Part shown: positions 37,193 to 45,476 of the stretch, piece by piece
Numbering within the stretch: position 1 is the stretch's first letter
Layout: each line of letters begins with the position of its first letter
Assembly (NCBI GenBank): GCA_014240285.1
Contig: JAAZXI010000007.1
Location: 1-45,476 of the forward strand
Reading direction: 5' to 3'
DNA: 45,476 nt
From: Methanobacteriota archaeon
GTDB lineage: Archaea > Thermoplasmatota > Poseidoniia > Poseidoniales > Thalassarchaeaceae
The notes under the pieces: generated by a model
Database searches by the model: none
What the model was told of the DNA's origin: nothing
Seen by the model: the letters and a program-made list of their open reading frames with translations, nothing else
Made by a program: the position numbers and the translations under genes

Positions 37193-38566
37193 ATGGAGCA
37201 GTGGGAACAGCCTATCGACACGGGAGTGGTCCCAGATGGTGGTTCTAGCTTCGATGTCATAGTGGTCGGAGGAGGGCCTGGGGGCTCGGCCGCAGCCGCC
37301 TACAATGCGATGAACGGCTGCCGGGTGTTGTTGCTCGAGAAAGGGATTTGGCCTCGCGACAAGCCGTGTGGAGACGCTGTCGGTGGTAAATCGCTGTCCC
37401 ATGTTGAGGAACTCGGCGTGTTGCCCATGATTGAAGCCACACCTCACTATGTCGTCGACTCGATTGTCTTCGGCAGCTCCAACAACTCAGAGGTCAGGGT
37501 GATGTTGCCCAAGGAGACTTATGAGGCGAAGGGGTTGTTGTCGGGATACGCCTTGCCTAGGATTCAATTCGACTACATGCTTTTCAAGCGCGCTACTGAA
37601 ATTGTGCTCGAAGCGGGTGGTGCGGTGATCCAAGGCTTCTCTGTCAACGACGTAACTGTTGAAGGGGCGGGAGAAGGAGTGAAGATAGTAGGAGTGAGGG
37701 GGAAGACGGGGGGCGCTCGCTCTGAGGAGCCCAATCTCTCCTTCAGTGCTCCCTTGACAATAGGAGCAGGTGGGTACAACTGTCCGGTATCCCGCGCCAT
37801 CACCGAGGTCCACGATGAACCACATCGAGATGACGAGCACTTTTGCGGCGGCTACCGCGAATACTGGGAGAACGTAGAGGGACTCGAGGACTCAGAGGGT
37901 CCCATCGAGATACACTTCATCGAGGAGGTGCTGCCCGGCTACTTCTGGTTGTTCCCGGTTCAGAAGGGAGTCGTAAATGTCGGAATCGGCATGCTGATTT
38001 CTGAGCAGCGAAAGCAGAAGGGAATGAAGAAGTCGCTCAAGCAAATTCAGAGATGGGTCATCGAGGAGCACCCCGTATTCAAACAGAGGTTTGCCAACGC
38101 CACTTTCGTGCCTAAATCACAGAAGGGGTGGCAACTCCCATTCGGATCACCAAGGAAAAATGCGCCGTCCTACCAACCGAGGCGAGCAGCGATGGCTGGG
38201 GCGATGGCTGTGGGAGACGCCGCTAGTCTGGTTGACCCATTTAGCGGAGAAGGTATCGGAAACGCACTGGTAACGGCCAAGATGACGACTAGGCACTTCG
38301 ACAAGAAGGTACACTCCGAAGGCTTCCCTCAGGGTGCAGCGGAGGAGTACATGGAGAACCTGTGGGATGAGTTGGGCAAGGAACTGACGAACTCTACGAA
38401 ACTGCAGAGGTTGATGAAGCGGAAGCGTCTCACTAACTGGTTCATCAAGAAAGCGTCGAAGAAGGAGGAGATTGGGAAGATGATGTCAGAAATGATTGCG
38501 AGTAAAGAGAGTCAGGAGGCGCTTTGGAGCCCCTGGTTCATGTTCAAGACCCTGATACTACCATGA
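37193..38566 (+). CDS. Geranylgeranyl reductase family FAD-dependent oxidoreductase
   Basis: DVIVVGGGPGGS, PRDKPCGD, PGYFWLFP and VGDAASLVDPFSGEGIGNA. Confidence 0.9.
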   Translation: MEQWEQPIDTGVVPDGGSSFDVIVVGGGPGGSAAAAYNAMNGCRVLLLEKGIWPRDKPCGDAVGGKSLSHVEELGVLPMIEATPHYVVDSIVFGSSNNSEVRVMLPKETYEAKGLLSGYALPRIQFDYMLFKRATEIVLEAGGAVIQGFSVNDVTVEGAGEGVKIVGVRGKTGGARSEEPNLSFSAPLTIGAGGYNCPVSRAITEVHDEPHRDDEHFCGGYREYWENVEGLEDSEGPIEIHFIEEVLPGYFWLFPVQKGVVNVGIGMLISEQRKQKGMKKSLKQIQRWVIEEHPVFKQRFANATFVPKSQKGWQLPFGSPRKNAPSYQPRRAAMAGAMAVGDAASLVDPFSGEGIGNALVTAKMTTRHFDKKVHSEGFPQGAAEEYMENLWDELGKELTNSTKLQRLMKRKRLTNWFIKKASKKEEIGKMMSEMIASKESQEALWSPWFMFKTLILP

Positions 38567-38572
38567 GGTGAT

Positions 38573-39361
38573 GTGTTGACGGGAATAACTCACTCTCTGG
38601 ATGGTATCGAGGCTGTGTTCCTCGACCTCGATGGTACCCTCTACCTAGGTGACGAGTTAATCGAGGGGGTTCCCGACTTCCTGACTCGTCTCGAAACAGC
38701 AGGGATTCGTCGCTTCTTCCTGTCCAACAACTCGAGTCGGTCGGTTGAACAGTATGTCGAGAAGTTGCATGGGATGAGCATTCATGCGAAGTCTGAGGAC
38801 GTGATGCTTTCGACCCATGACCTGCTAGCATGGCTCGGCTCCAAAGGAGTTACCCAGAGTTATCTGGTGGGCACTGAAGGGATGCGGGATATGCTAGAGG
38901 AAGCGGGTGTTTCTACCGATTCAACCGAGCCGCAATACGTCGTTCTTGGTTATGACACGGAGATTACTTACGAAAAACTCAGCACGGCTTCAGTGCACCT
39001 CCACAGAGGGGTCCCAATGGTCGCCAGTCACCCCGACACGGTCTGTCCCTCACCGGATGGTGGTCTGCCTGATACTGGAGCCTACATGGATCTCTTCGAA
39101 GCGACCACCGGGATACGCCCGGAGCATGTATGTGGCAAACCAAACGCGGGAATGATATTGCACAAGGTCGAGGAGCTGGGTCTGCGACCTCAGCAATGCG
39201 CAATGGTTGGGGATCGTCTTTACACCGATATGGAAATGGCTGAGAGAGCTGGAGTCCACGGCATACTGGTGCTCAGTGGGGAAGCCACAAAAGAGGATCT
39301 AGGGGATGCACCACAGGACCCTTCGCTCGTGGTCGGATCGGTAGATGAACTGATTCAGTAG
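38573..39361 (+). CDS. HAD-IIA (NagD-like) phosphatase
   Basis: FLDLDGTLY, LSNNSSRS, GKP, MVGDRLYTD and LVLSG. SD-like GAGGTGA upstream. Confidence 0.93.
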   Translation: MLTGITHSLDGIEAVFLDLDGTLYLGDELIEGVPDFLTRLETAGIRRFFLSNNSSRSVEQYVEKLHGMSIHAKSEDVMLSTHDLLAWLGSKGVTQSYLVGTEGMRDMLEEAGVSTDSTEPQYVVLGYDTEITYEKLSTASVHLHRGVPMVASHPDTVCPSPDGGLPDTGAYMDLFEATTGIRPEHVCGKPNAGMILHKVEELGLRPQQCAMVGDRLYTDMEMAERAGVHGILVLSGEATKEDLGDAPQDPSLVVGSVDELIQ

Positions 39362-39400
39362 AGGGAGAAACCCTCAACCACACCAGCCCCTACCGGAACC

Positions 39401-40432
39401 GTGAACGAGGGACTGGTCACGGTTACTGGCGCGAGCGGCTTCATCGGCAGCCACATCGTCGCAAACCTGCTCGCTCGCGGCAGAGCCGTCAGAGCAACTG
39501 TGAGGGATTCCACGGACCCAGACAAAGTCGACCATCTATACGCTCTTCCTGTGGCCGAGGGTGGATCTCTCGAAGTCGTCGAGATGGATCTGTTCGATGA
39601 AGGCTCTGTGAATGCTGCAATCGTCGGGTGCACTGACCTGATACATACCGCAGCCGCAGTGAGAATCAGTGCTAAGGATCCTCAGAAGCAGATTGTTGAC
39701 CCGAGTGTGATAGGCACACAAAATGTAGTTTCGGCAATCGACGCTGCCGGGACAGTCAGGAGATTCGTGCATACTTCCTCCACCGCCGCCATCAGGCCGA
39801 TGAAATGGAGGGATGGGGAGACACTGACCACCGAGACCTGGGCAGATGATGCTACGCTCGATGGCAATCCCTACGGATTGGCTAAGGTCGAGGCGGAACG
39901 CGTGGTCAGGAAATGGCATGCCTCTTCAGATGTTGAAACCCGCCCGCGTATAGTGACAATACACCCGAGCGTGGTGTTCGGTCCGCCGATGAGCAAGATT
40001 CACCTACGCGGCTCGCTCTCTTTCGTGATGGCGCTCGTCCGAAGGGAGATTCCGGTGGTGCTGCCCATGCAGGTCAACATCGTGGATGTGAGAGACGTTG
40101 CCGAGGCCCACGTCAGAGCATTGACTCGGGGCGAGGATGCCGGACGCTACCTGACAGTGAGTGGGGACATGCAGTTCAAGGATATCTCGCTTGCAATCAG
40201 GCAGGCCCATCCTGAAATCAGGACGCCGACATTTACTCTTCCATACCCAATAGCACTGGTGGTCTCAATCTTCCACCGCAGGCTGAGCTTGGCCTGGGCT
40301 CGCCAGCACCTTAGGCGGCGGTTATACTGGGATGCGACACCCGCAGAGAAGGACTTGGGAATGTCATGGAGGGCGCCGCAAGAGGCGCTCCTAGACTCCA
40401 TGCCAGTCATTCTTGAGAGGGGTTGGGCATAG
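39401..40432 (+). CDS. NAD(P)-dependent extended SDR (epimerase/dehydratase or aldehyde-reductase-like)
   Basis: VTGASGFIGSH, VRATVR, HTSSTAA, YGLAK (YxxxK) and VDVRDVAEAH. Confidence 0.92.
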   Translation: MNEGLVTVTGASGFIGSHIVANLLARGRAVRATVRDSTDPDKVDHLYALPVAEGGSLEVVEMDLFDEGSVNAAIVGCTDLIHTAAAVRISAKDPQKQIVDPSVIGTQNVVSAIDAAGTVRRFVHTSSTAAIRPMKWRDGETLTTETWADDATLDGNPYGLAKVEAERVVRKWHASSDVETRPRIVTIHPSVVFGPPMSKIHLRGSLSFVMALVRREIPVVLPMQVNIVDVRDVAEAHVRALTRGEDAGRYLTVSGDMQFKDISLAIRQAHPEIRTPTFTLPYPIALVVSIFHRRLSLAWARQHLRRRLYWDATPAEKDLGMSWRAPQEALLDSMPVILERGWA

Positions 40433-40467
40433 GATTGGTTTTCATACAGGGTTACTAACGGAGAGCC

Positions 40468-41994
40468 GTGACCAGAGTAGCTCAGCTACTAGTGCTGCTG
40501 ATGTTGAGTTCTTCAATCAGTGGTTGCCTGTGGTGGGGGGATGAAGAGGTCGTCGAAGAGGAAACAGGTCCGTTCGATTTCGATCAGGATGTACCAATCA
40601 CGACTTGGTACCATTATCCTGGAACGGTACCGGAACCATGGGCTGTTGATGCTACCGACTCTACCGCGGTATCCGCGGCAAACATCACCGCAAACCTGAG
40701 TGGGAACAGTACCCCTTACTTCACCAACGCTACCTACTATGGCACTGGGTTCGACACCTTCGAGCCGACCATCGGAATCACCTCCTCCGGAGCCATCTTT
40801 TTCACCAACTACAACGGACTCGGTGATGGTACTCACATCATCCGCTCTCGGGACCAGGGGCAGACCTGGGAGGATGTAGGGCCGTTCGGGACTGTGGATG
40901 AGGACTCTGGGCAGACTCCCAACTCCAACGACCCTTACATCTACGTCGACAAATTCACGGACAGGCTGGTTAAGTTCGACATGCACGCGCTTGCGGCAAT
41001 GTTCGTTGAATACTCTGACAATGACGGTGACTCATGGAGCGCCCCTTTTCCGGTAGAGGGTTACTATGTGACTCAAGATCACCAAAGTATAGCCTCGATG
41101 CCTCCTCCTCCTGGTGTAACGGCGTTTCACGAGGTGATTTACGTATACTGTATCAACACCGGCTCACCAGCCGCTGGAGCGCAATGCTCGCGCTCGCTCA
41201 ATGGGGGGTTGTCATGGGACGTTCAAAGAATTGGGTTCCCCAGTAGTAGCTTCCCGCAGTGCTCAGGGTTGCACGGCCATGTGGCGGGGGGAATTGACGG
41301 AGCTGTCTACAGAGGCAATCCCTCGTGCGGGGGTCCAGCAGTCTATCGCTCTCTAGATGGAGGCTATACTTGGACGGAGCATACCATAACCACAGAAGTA
41401 GGGATGCAGCAGGGTTGGCACTCGCACGAGGTCGCTACGGCAGTGGATGATGGGGGCAATGTCCACGCCACTTGGATCAGTAATGACCAGTTGCCATGGT
41501 ACGCTTACTCGCGGGACCAAGGCAACACCTGGAGTGAACCGATGATGGTAGCAGCCCCGGGCGTAAGAGAAACCGGTTTCCCGACAATCTTTGCAGGAGC
41601 AGAGGGGCGCGTAGTGGTTGGTTACATCGGCGAGGTAAACGACGTGGGGGATAACAACTCAACCTCTGGTGGAGTCGGTTGGGGCGGCTACATGGCCATC
41701 ATGACAGATGCCTTCTCTGAGAACCCACTCATCACCACTGTAGTTGTGAACCAACCGGATGATCCGCTGGACATCACATCTGATTGTGGTAATGTGCGCT
41801 GTGGAGGGTTCGGAGACTTCATCGATGTCGAGATCGATGATGAAGGGCGTCCTTGGATCGCTCTCGCACACAACGCCGCTGGGTTTGAGGAGGCAATCAT
41901 AGGCACGCTCACCGAAGGGCCGGCGCTGTATGGCGACCTCGCGTACCTTCCGGCGCTCCCGCCTGGTGGCAATACAACCCTGTTGATGGGGTGA
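40468..41994 (+). CDS. Secreted lipoprotein with BNR/Asp-box beta-propeller (sialidase-like fold), paralog 1
   Basis: Lipobox-like ISGC; Asp-boxes SRDQGQTW, SDNDGDSW, SLNGGLSW, SLDGGYTW and SRDQGNTW. Confidence 0.88.
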   Translation: MTRVAQLLVLLMLSSSISGCLWWGDEEVVEEETGPFDFDQDVPITTWYHYPGTVPEPWAVDATDSTAVSAANITANLSGNSTPYFTNATYYGTGFDTFEPTIGITSSGAIFFTNYNGLGDGTHIIRSRDQGQTWEDVGPFGTVDEDSGQTPNSNDPYIYVDKFTDRLVKFDMHALAAMFVEYSDNDGDSWSAPFPVEGYYVTQDHQSIASMPPPPGVTAFHEVIYVYCINTGSPAAGAQCSRSLNGGLSWDVQRIGFPSSSFPQCSGLHGHVAGGIDGAVYRGNPSCGGPAVYRSLDGGYTWTEHTITTEVGMQQGWHSHEVATAVDDGGNVHATWISNDQLPWYAYSRDQGNTWSEPMMVAAPGVRETGFPTIFAGAEGRVVVGYIGEVNDVGDNNSTSGGVGWGGYMAIMTDAFSENPLITTVVVNQPDDPLDITSDCGNVRCGGFGDFIDVEIDDEGRPWIALAHNAAGFEEAIIGTLTEGPALYGDLAYLPALPPGGNTTLLMG

Positions 41995-42038
41995 CATGTC
42001 GCCGTTCATCTGATGTATGCGAGTACTGACCGCTAATC

Positions 42039-43493
42039 GTGCGCGCGACAGCGATGATGTTGGTGCTGGTGATGATATCAGCCCCCCTTGGGGGCTGTTT
42101 CGGCAAAGAAGAAGTCGTAGTCGATGAGAAAGGTGTGTTCGAAGAACTGTGCCCCGACAGTATCGCAAACAACACCTGGTACCATTACTCCAACGCTACT
42201 GATGCCACCAAGGTCTCTGACATCTTCAACGGTACCTCGGTGCTCATCGGGAACAACGCCCCGGCCTGCGCGAGAGGGACCTACTACGGGATTGGAATGA
42301 CCACCTTCGAGCCGACCATTGGGGTAACCTCGGCTGACAACCTCTACATGACAAGTTGGGGAAATGGCGCCGCTGGTTCGACAGCGATAGTACGCTGCTC
42401 GGGAATGATAAGTATGGTCAACGTGAGTGAATACGTCTGCGAGGATGTGTACAGCGCGTTCCTCCCAGTGGCTAACAGCAACGATCCTTACCTCTACGTC
42501 GACCCATGGACGGACCGAATCATGAAGTTCGACATGCACGCACTGCTTGGTATGACTGTTGAGTGGTCCGACAACGATGGAGAGAGTTGGACTGGACCTT
42601 CTGTGGCCACAGGGTGGTCGGTCCAGGACCACCAGACGATAGCATCCTCGCCCTACCCGGCTCTCCTTCATCCTACTACCTGGGTGTTTTGTGTCAACGG
42701 CAACTACCCATACCCAGTTTGCGCCGCTAGTAATGATGGTGGATTGACTTGGGGGCCCGAGCTTCCAGGTGCGCCGAATGGTTGTGACAGTGGGGGTCTC
42801 ACCGGTCATATGATGGGTTCAGAAAACGGTAACTTCTACCGTGGAAATAGAGGTTGCAACGGAGGAGAGGGTTACTCCATCTACAGAAGCACTAACGGGG
42901 GCATAACTTGGACGGAGCATCCCCTTCCAACAGAGACCACAGGGACGGCTGAGACTTGGAACTTCGAGGAGGCACAGGTCTATCCAGACTCGGATAACAA
43001 CGTCCACGCGATGTGGATGGGATCTGACAATATGCCATACTACTCATACTCTACAGACGAAGCAGAAACGTGGAGTGCGCCGATGATGGTAGCGCCGCCG
43101 ATCGGTCTCAACGGAACTGGGTTCCCGGTACTAACTGCAGGAGGACCCGGTCAGGTCGCATTGGGTTATTTGGGGGACTCTGGAGGAGACACATGGAATG
43201 GCTACCTCACGGTCATCTCTGACGTGTTCAGCCCGATGCCACTGATGACGACCGTGCAGGTAAACGGGTGGGGTGACCCACTCGACACAACGGCTGACTG
43301 CGGCTTCAACCGGTGCGGTGGATTCGGTGACTTCAATGACATCGTAATCGACCAGTATGGTAGACCCTGGTTCGGTCTGGCTCACAATGTAGCTGGTGAG
43401 ATTGGTATCTTTGGGACCATGGCCATAGGGCCCTCTCTTCGTGGCAATGGCACTCTGACAGAGTTGCCCTCTGGTGGCCCGGACACCCTCTAG
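42039..43493 (+). CDS. Secreted lipoprotein with BNR/Asp-box beta-propeller (sialidase-like fold), paralog 2
   Basis: Lipobox-like LGGC; Asp-boxes SDNDGESW, SNDGGLTW, STNGGITW and STDEAETW. Shares blocks with the upstream paralog. Confidence 0.88.
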   Translation: MRATAMMLVLVMISAPLGGCFGKEEVVVDEKGVFEELCPDSIANNTWYHYSNATDATKVSDIFNGTSVLIGNNAPACARGTYYGIGMTTFEPTIGVTSADNLYMTSWGNGAAGSTAIVRCSGMISMVNVSEYVCEDVYSAFLPVANSNDPYLYVDPWTDRIMKFDMHALLGMTVEWSDNDGESWTGPSVATGWSVQDHQTIASSPYPALLHPTTWVFCVNGNYPYPVCAASNDGGLTWGPELPGAPNGCDSGGLTGHMMGSENGNFYRGNRGCNGGEGYSIYRSTNGGITWTEHPLPTETTGTAETWNFEEAQVYPDSDNNVHAMWMGSDNMPYYSYSTDEAETWSAPMMVAPPIGLNGTGFPVLTAGGPGQVALGYLGDSGGDTWNGYLTVISDVFSPMPLMTTVQVNGWGDPLDTTADCGFNRCGGFGDFNDIVIDQYGRPWFGLAHNVAGEIGIFGTMAIGPSLRGNGTLTELPSGGPDTL

Positions 43494-44128
43494 AAGACTT
43501 CTGGATACAAGCCGTACGCTTGGTATGCAAAGCTTACCGCGAAGCCGAGCATTGCGAAGCCGCAGATTACCATCGCGAAGCGATACTTGTGAGGAGATAG
43601 CCAGGTTCCGCCGCCTACGAAGAGCCATGCGATGGATGCCTTCACGAGGATAATAGTGATCAGAAAACAGATGGCATACAGGATCGGTGCCAGAGGTTCC
43701 TGTTCTGCAGCCGAAGCCATCAGGGGGCCGCCGATGAGAAACCAAAACATGTACACATTGGGATTCAGAAGATTGGTCAGCACTCCGCGCTTTAAAGACC
43801 CGGTTGCATCGTCTTCTGTCTTCACGGGATCGGGGGGTTCCAGAGAGAAGCACTCCAGCCCCATCTTGGTCAAAAACAACGCCCCAAGAAGTGAGATTGA
43901 GAACAGGACAGATGGTTGTGTAGCCATCCAACCAGCTAGGAGTAGACTAACGATTATCAGCGGGCCATCGGTGAAGATAGGGGCAGCAGCAGTCCACATA
44001 CCGGCTTTCAGACCCTTGGAAAGGGATTCTCTGATTACCATAGTCAGAAGTGGGCCTGGCTTGATGCCTTCGATGATTCCGAGAGCTATTCCCGCCGCCG
44101 CTAGGCTGGCGATAAGGTCTGTTTCCAT
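43490..44128 (-). CDS. LysE family transporter
   Basis: GIKPGPLL..IRESL..G, TDGP and GVLTNLLNPNVYMFW; multiple TM helices. Confidence 0.9.
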   Translation of the reverse strand: METDLIASLAAAGIALGIIEGIKPGPLLTMVIRESLSKGLKAGMWTAAAPIFTDGPLIIVSLLLAGWMATQPSVLFSISLLGALFLTKMGLECFSLEPPDPVKTEDDATGSLKRGVLTNLLNPNVYMFWFLIGGPLMASAAEQEPLAPILYAICFLITIILVKASIAWLFVGGGTWLSPHKYRFAMVICGFAMLGFAVSFAYQAYGLYPEVF

Positions 44129-44131
44129 ACA

Positions 44132-44887
44132 CTACCTCGAGGCGGCTATCTTGGCTAGGAGTTTGAGAATCTCGAGATAGAGCCAAATCAATGTGACCAT
44201 CAAACCGAAGGCCGCTCTCCACTCCAATTGTTTGGGAGCTCCTCTCTCCACTCCCTTCTCTATGAAGTCGAAGTCCGCGACCAAACAGAGTGCTGCTATA
44301 CCTATGACGAACAGGGAGAATCCTATGCCGATTGGACCAGCGCCGTGAATATATGGAATTGCGTACCATCCAGAAAAGGAGCCTATGATTGAAACTAGGT
44401 AAATCAGGACGATTGCAACTAGTGCTGAAGAGACAGCAATCTGTGTGTTACGGTCCCATGCGATTAGTCCGGCTCTGTAAATGGCAATCATGGACCCAAG
44501 GATGAGGAAAGTGAGAAGTGCAGCGAGAATACCAATACCTGGCATATCTAATGCAACCTCGAAAAACCAAGTTATTCCTCCAAGAAACATTCCCTCCAAA
44601 GCGGCGTAAGAGCCAATCAACAGTGGATTCATGGAGCCAGAAAAAATCACTATCAAAGCAACGACAAAACCTCCCACAAACCCAATTAAAATCAGTGGCG
44701 ATGCCTCTGGCATCGAAAAAGCCGTCATTATGGCGGTGGTCGCTGTAATCAATAGGAGTAAACCGGTCTTCTCGGCTACTCCTTCAATGGTCATTAGATT
44801 GGATTCCTCATCCCACCAGTTGGCCTCCTCATAGGAGCTCTTATCGAACGTGGCATCGGAAAGTGCAGGGTTCCCTGAGCGGTACAT
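44132..44887 (-). CDS. Bax inhibitor-1/YccA family membrane protein
   Basis: RSGNPAL, MTIEGVAEKT, YAALEGMFLG, LVADFDFIEKGV and EWRAAFGLMVTLIWLYLEILKLL. Start trimmed to ATG 44887. Confidence 0.93.
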   Translation of the reverse strand: MYRSGNPALSDATFDKSSYEEANWWDEESNLMTIEGVAEKTGLLLLITATTAIMTAFSMPEASPLILIGFVGGFVVALIVIFSGSMNPLLIGSYAALEGMFLGGITWFFEVALDMPGIGILAALLTFLILGSMIAIYRAGLIAWDRNTQIAVSSALVAIVLIYLVSIIGSFSGWYAIPYIHGAGPIGIGFSLFVIGIAALCLVADFDFIEKGVERGAPKQLEWRAAFGLMVTLIWLYLEILKLLAKIAASR

Positions 44888-44936
44888 TAGAGGAACTGAT
44901 GCGGTGCCCCTTCTCAAGGCTTAGCCCGGCGTATGC

Positions 44937-45476
44937 TCATACGAAGCCTAACAGGTGCTTCCCGGTGTAACTGTCGGGGTTCTCGGTAATTTCTTCGGGT
45001 GTACCCTCGGCAACCACCAAACCGCCCCGTTCTCCCCCCTCAGGCCCGAGATCTATGACCCAATCTGCGCACTTGATTACATCGAGATGGTGTTCGATGA
45101 TGATGACTGTGTGACCGTTACGGCGTAGACGGAGGAGTACTTCGATGAGTTGGTGGACGTCAGCTAAGGAGAGGCCGGTGGTCGGTTCGTCGAGGATGTA
45201 CACGGTGTGCTTGGTAGCCGGGCGGTGTAACTGGGTGGCAAGTTTGACCCTCTGGGCCTCGCCTCCAGAGAGGGTTGTTGCGGGCTGACCCAGACGGATG
45301 TAACCTAGGCCGACATCCCGGATTGTTGACAGAATGCGATAAATCGAACGCTGGTTGGCGAAGAACTCGCAGGCCTCAGTGACATTCATCTCAAGGACAT
45401 CATGGATGGTCTTGCCTCGCCATTCAACCTCTAGAGTTTCGCGGGCGTAGCGCTTGCCCTTGCAGATGTCGCAGAC
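44937..45476 (-). CDS. uvrA: Excinuclease ABC subunit A (3' end; begins beyond the right window edge)
   Basis: The frame is open to the edge: [70 protein letters not shown]. Confidence 0.97.
   Translation of the reverse strand, partial: VCDICKGKRYARETLEVEWRGKTIHDVLEMNVTEACEFFANQRSIYRILSTIRDVGLGYIRLGQPATTLSGGEAQRVKLATQLHRPATKHTVYILDEPTTGLSLADVHQLIEVLLRLRRNGHTVIIIEHHLDVIKCADWVIDLGPEGGERGGLVVAEGTPEEITENPDSYTGKHLLGFV

Noticed and set aside
42078-43931. Long minus-strand ORFs 42078..42809 (243 aa) and 43131..43931 (266 aa)
   Set aside because: Antisense or off-frame to the Asp-box lipoprotein and LysE genes; composition is Arg/Ser-rich with no motifs.
1-45476. CRISPR arrays, IS elements, prophage, inteins, rRNA
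   Set aside because: I saw no regularly spaced repeats, transposase or integrase motifs, intein signatures or rRNA-like sequence by eye; short or degenerate elements could have been missed.

Overview
Compact, gene-dense archaeal chromosomal segment, most consistent with Marine Group II Thermoplasmatota (Ca. Poseidoniales). The taxon is inferred from archaeal information genes (TFB, topoisomerase VI A/B, RpoP, RFC, Dph5, Trm5-like) mixed with bacterial-like genes (long NrdJ, UvrA, PlsC-type acyltransferase) and secreted lipoproteins. It holds about 37 CDS and 2 tRNAs (Arg-CCT, Asp-GTC). I saw no mobile element, CRISPR array or rRNA. The most striking item is a 1705-aa single-pass surface protein (13391..18508). 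It reads as a 7-bladed beta-propeller with a MIDAS-bearing vWA domain inserted inside blade 4, then six Ig-like domains, one TM helix and a short tail, an integrin-alpha-like architecture. Other items: an SdhA-like flavoprotein that has lost most catalytic residues, a fatty-acyl acyltransferase in an archaeon, an RpoP with a duplicated Zn ribbon, a swivel-first fused aconitase-family enzyme, tandem Asp-box lipoproteins, and perfect palindromes upstream of nrdJ, the aconitase gene, the ArsR gene and the Lrp gene. All calls come from reading motifs by eye; no database searches were run.
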